Under the pieces are notes generated by a model. That model searched no databases, was not told the origin of the DNA, and saw only the letters and a list, made by a program, of their open reading frames with translations. This document shows positions 27,518-27,857 of a stretch of 27,857 nt of DNA, one piece after another (position 1 is the stretch's first letter; each line of letters opens with the position of its first letter). Source of the DNA: Candidatus Heimdallarchaeota archaeon (lineage in GTDB: Archaea; Asgardarchaeota; Heimdallarchaeia; Heimdallarchaeales; Heimdallarchaeaceae). The stretch covers positions 1 through 27,857 of the forward strand of contig DAOVER010000039.1 in assembly GCA_030668875.1 (NCBI GenBank), given 5' to 3'. The translations under genes were made by a program, and so were the position numbers.

Positions 27518-27656
27518 AATAATTAAAGTAACTATACTCGAGGTTCTAAATAAAGTATTTGTAAAAAATGTAAAAAAAGATAGAGTAAAATAGAAAGCGA
27601 TTGGAATTTGTAATAGATAGTCTTGATAGAGATCATAAAAGATCTCTAATATGTTC

Positions 27657-27857
27657 CTATTTTTCACTATTTTGTTTTGCATAGAAATTTCGGATTATAT
27701 CTAACTGAAAAACCTTATCGACATCCATTCCTAGTTCTGGATCATCTGCTATCACACCTAAACAGGCATTAGGTGTTTTGAAGAAATACTTGTTTACAAC
27801 ATCATTAAATCCTTGCATTGTAATTCTTCTGAAGAACAATTTTATCACTGTAATTGG
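27657..27857 (-). CDS. C-terminal part of a gene running in from the right edge, function unknown
   Basis: The frame is open to the window edge (PITVIKLFFRR...YAKQNSEK*). Confidence 0.5.
   Translation of the reverse strand, partial: PITVIKLFFRRITMQGFNDVVNKYFFKTPNACLGVIADDPELGMDVDKVFQLDIIRNFYAKQNSEK

Noticed and set aside
1-27857. CRISPR array, tRNA, rRNA, integrase or transposase
   Set aside because: No regularly spaced repeats, cloverleaf, rRNA-like sequence or catalytic motifs were found by eye.

Overview
AT-rich archaeal DNA, most likely from an Asgard archaeon (Heimdallarchaeia-like). This is inferred from CarS, an archaeal SelB-like factor, TATA-box promoters and the style of the secreted proteins. 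The window is dominated by surface and secreted proteins with a C-terminal transmembrane helix and basic tail: four right-handed beta-helix (NosD/CASH-like) proteins plus a truncated fifth, two family-5 solute-binding proteins (SBPs) and a subtilase. It also holds a divergent TetR/ABC-2 exporter unit, a flavodoxin, a DUF3160 protein, a disrupted luciferase-like monooxygenase (LLM), several zinc-ribbon proteins and an alpha/beta hydrolase. The most interesting observations are: (1) both SBPs appear circularly permuted relative to OppA/DppA; (2) the beta-helix genes form a decaying A-B-A'-B' duplication; (3) a shared [PSA]E[FY]-TM-basic C-terminal signal; (4) a subtilase with no prodomain; (5) an orphan IS200/IS605 right-end or omegaRNA-like structure; (6) in-frame stops and same-phase frameshifts in three genes. 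No rRNA, tRNA, CRISPR array or transposase was found. All family assignments come from motif recognition by eye, not database searches.
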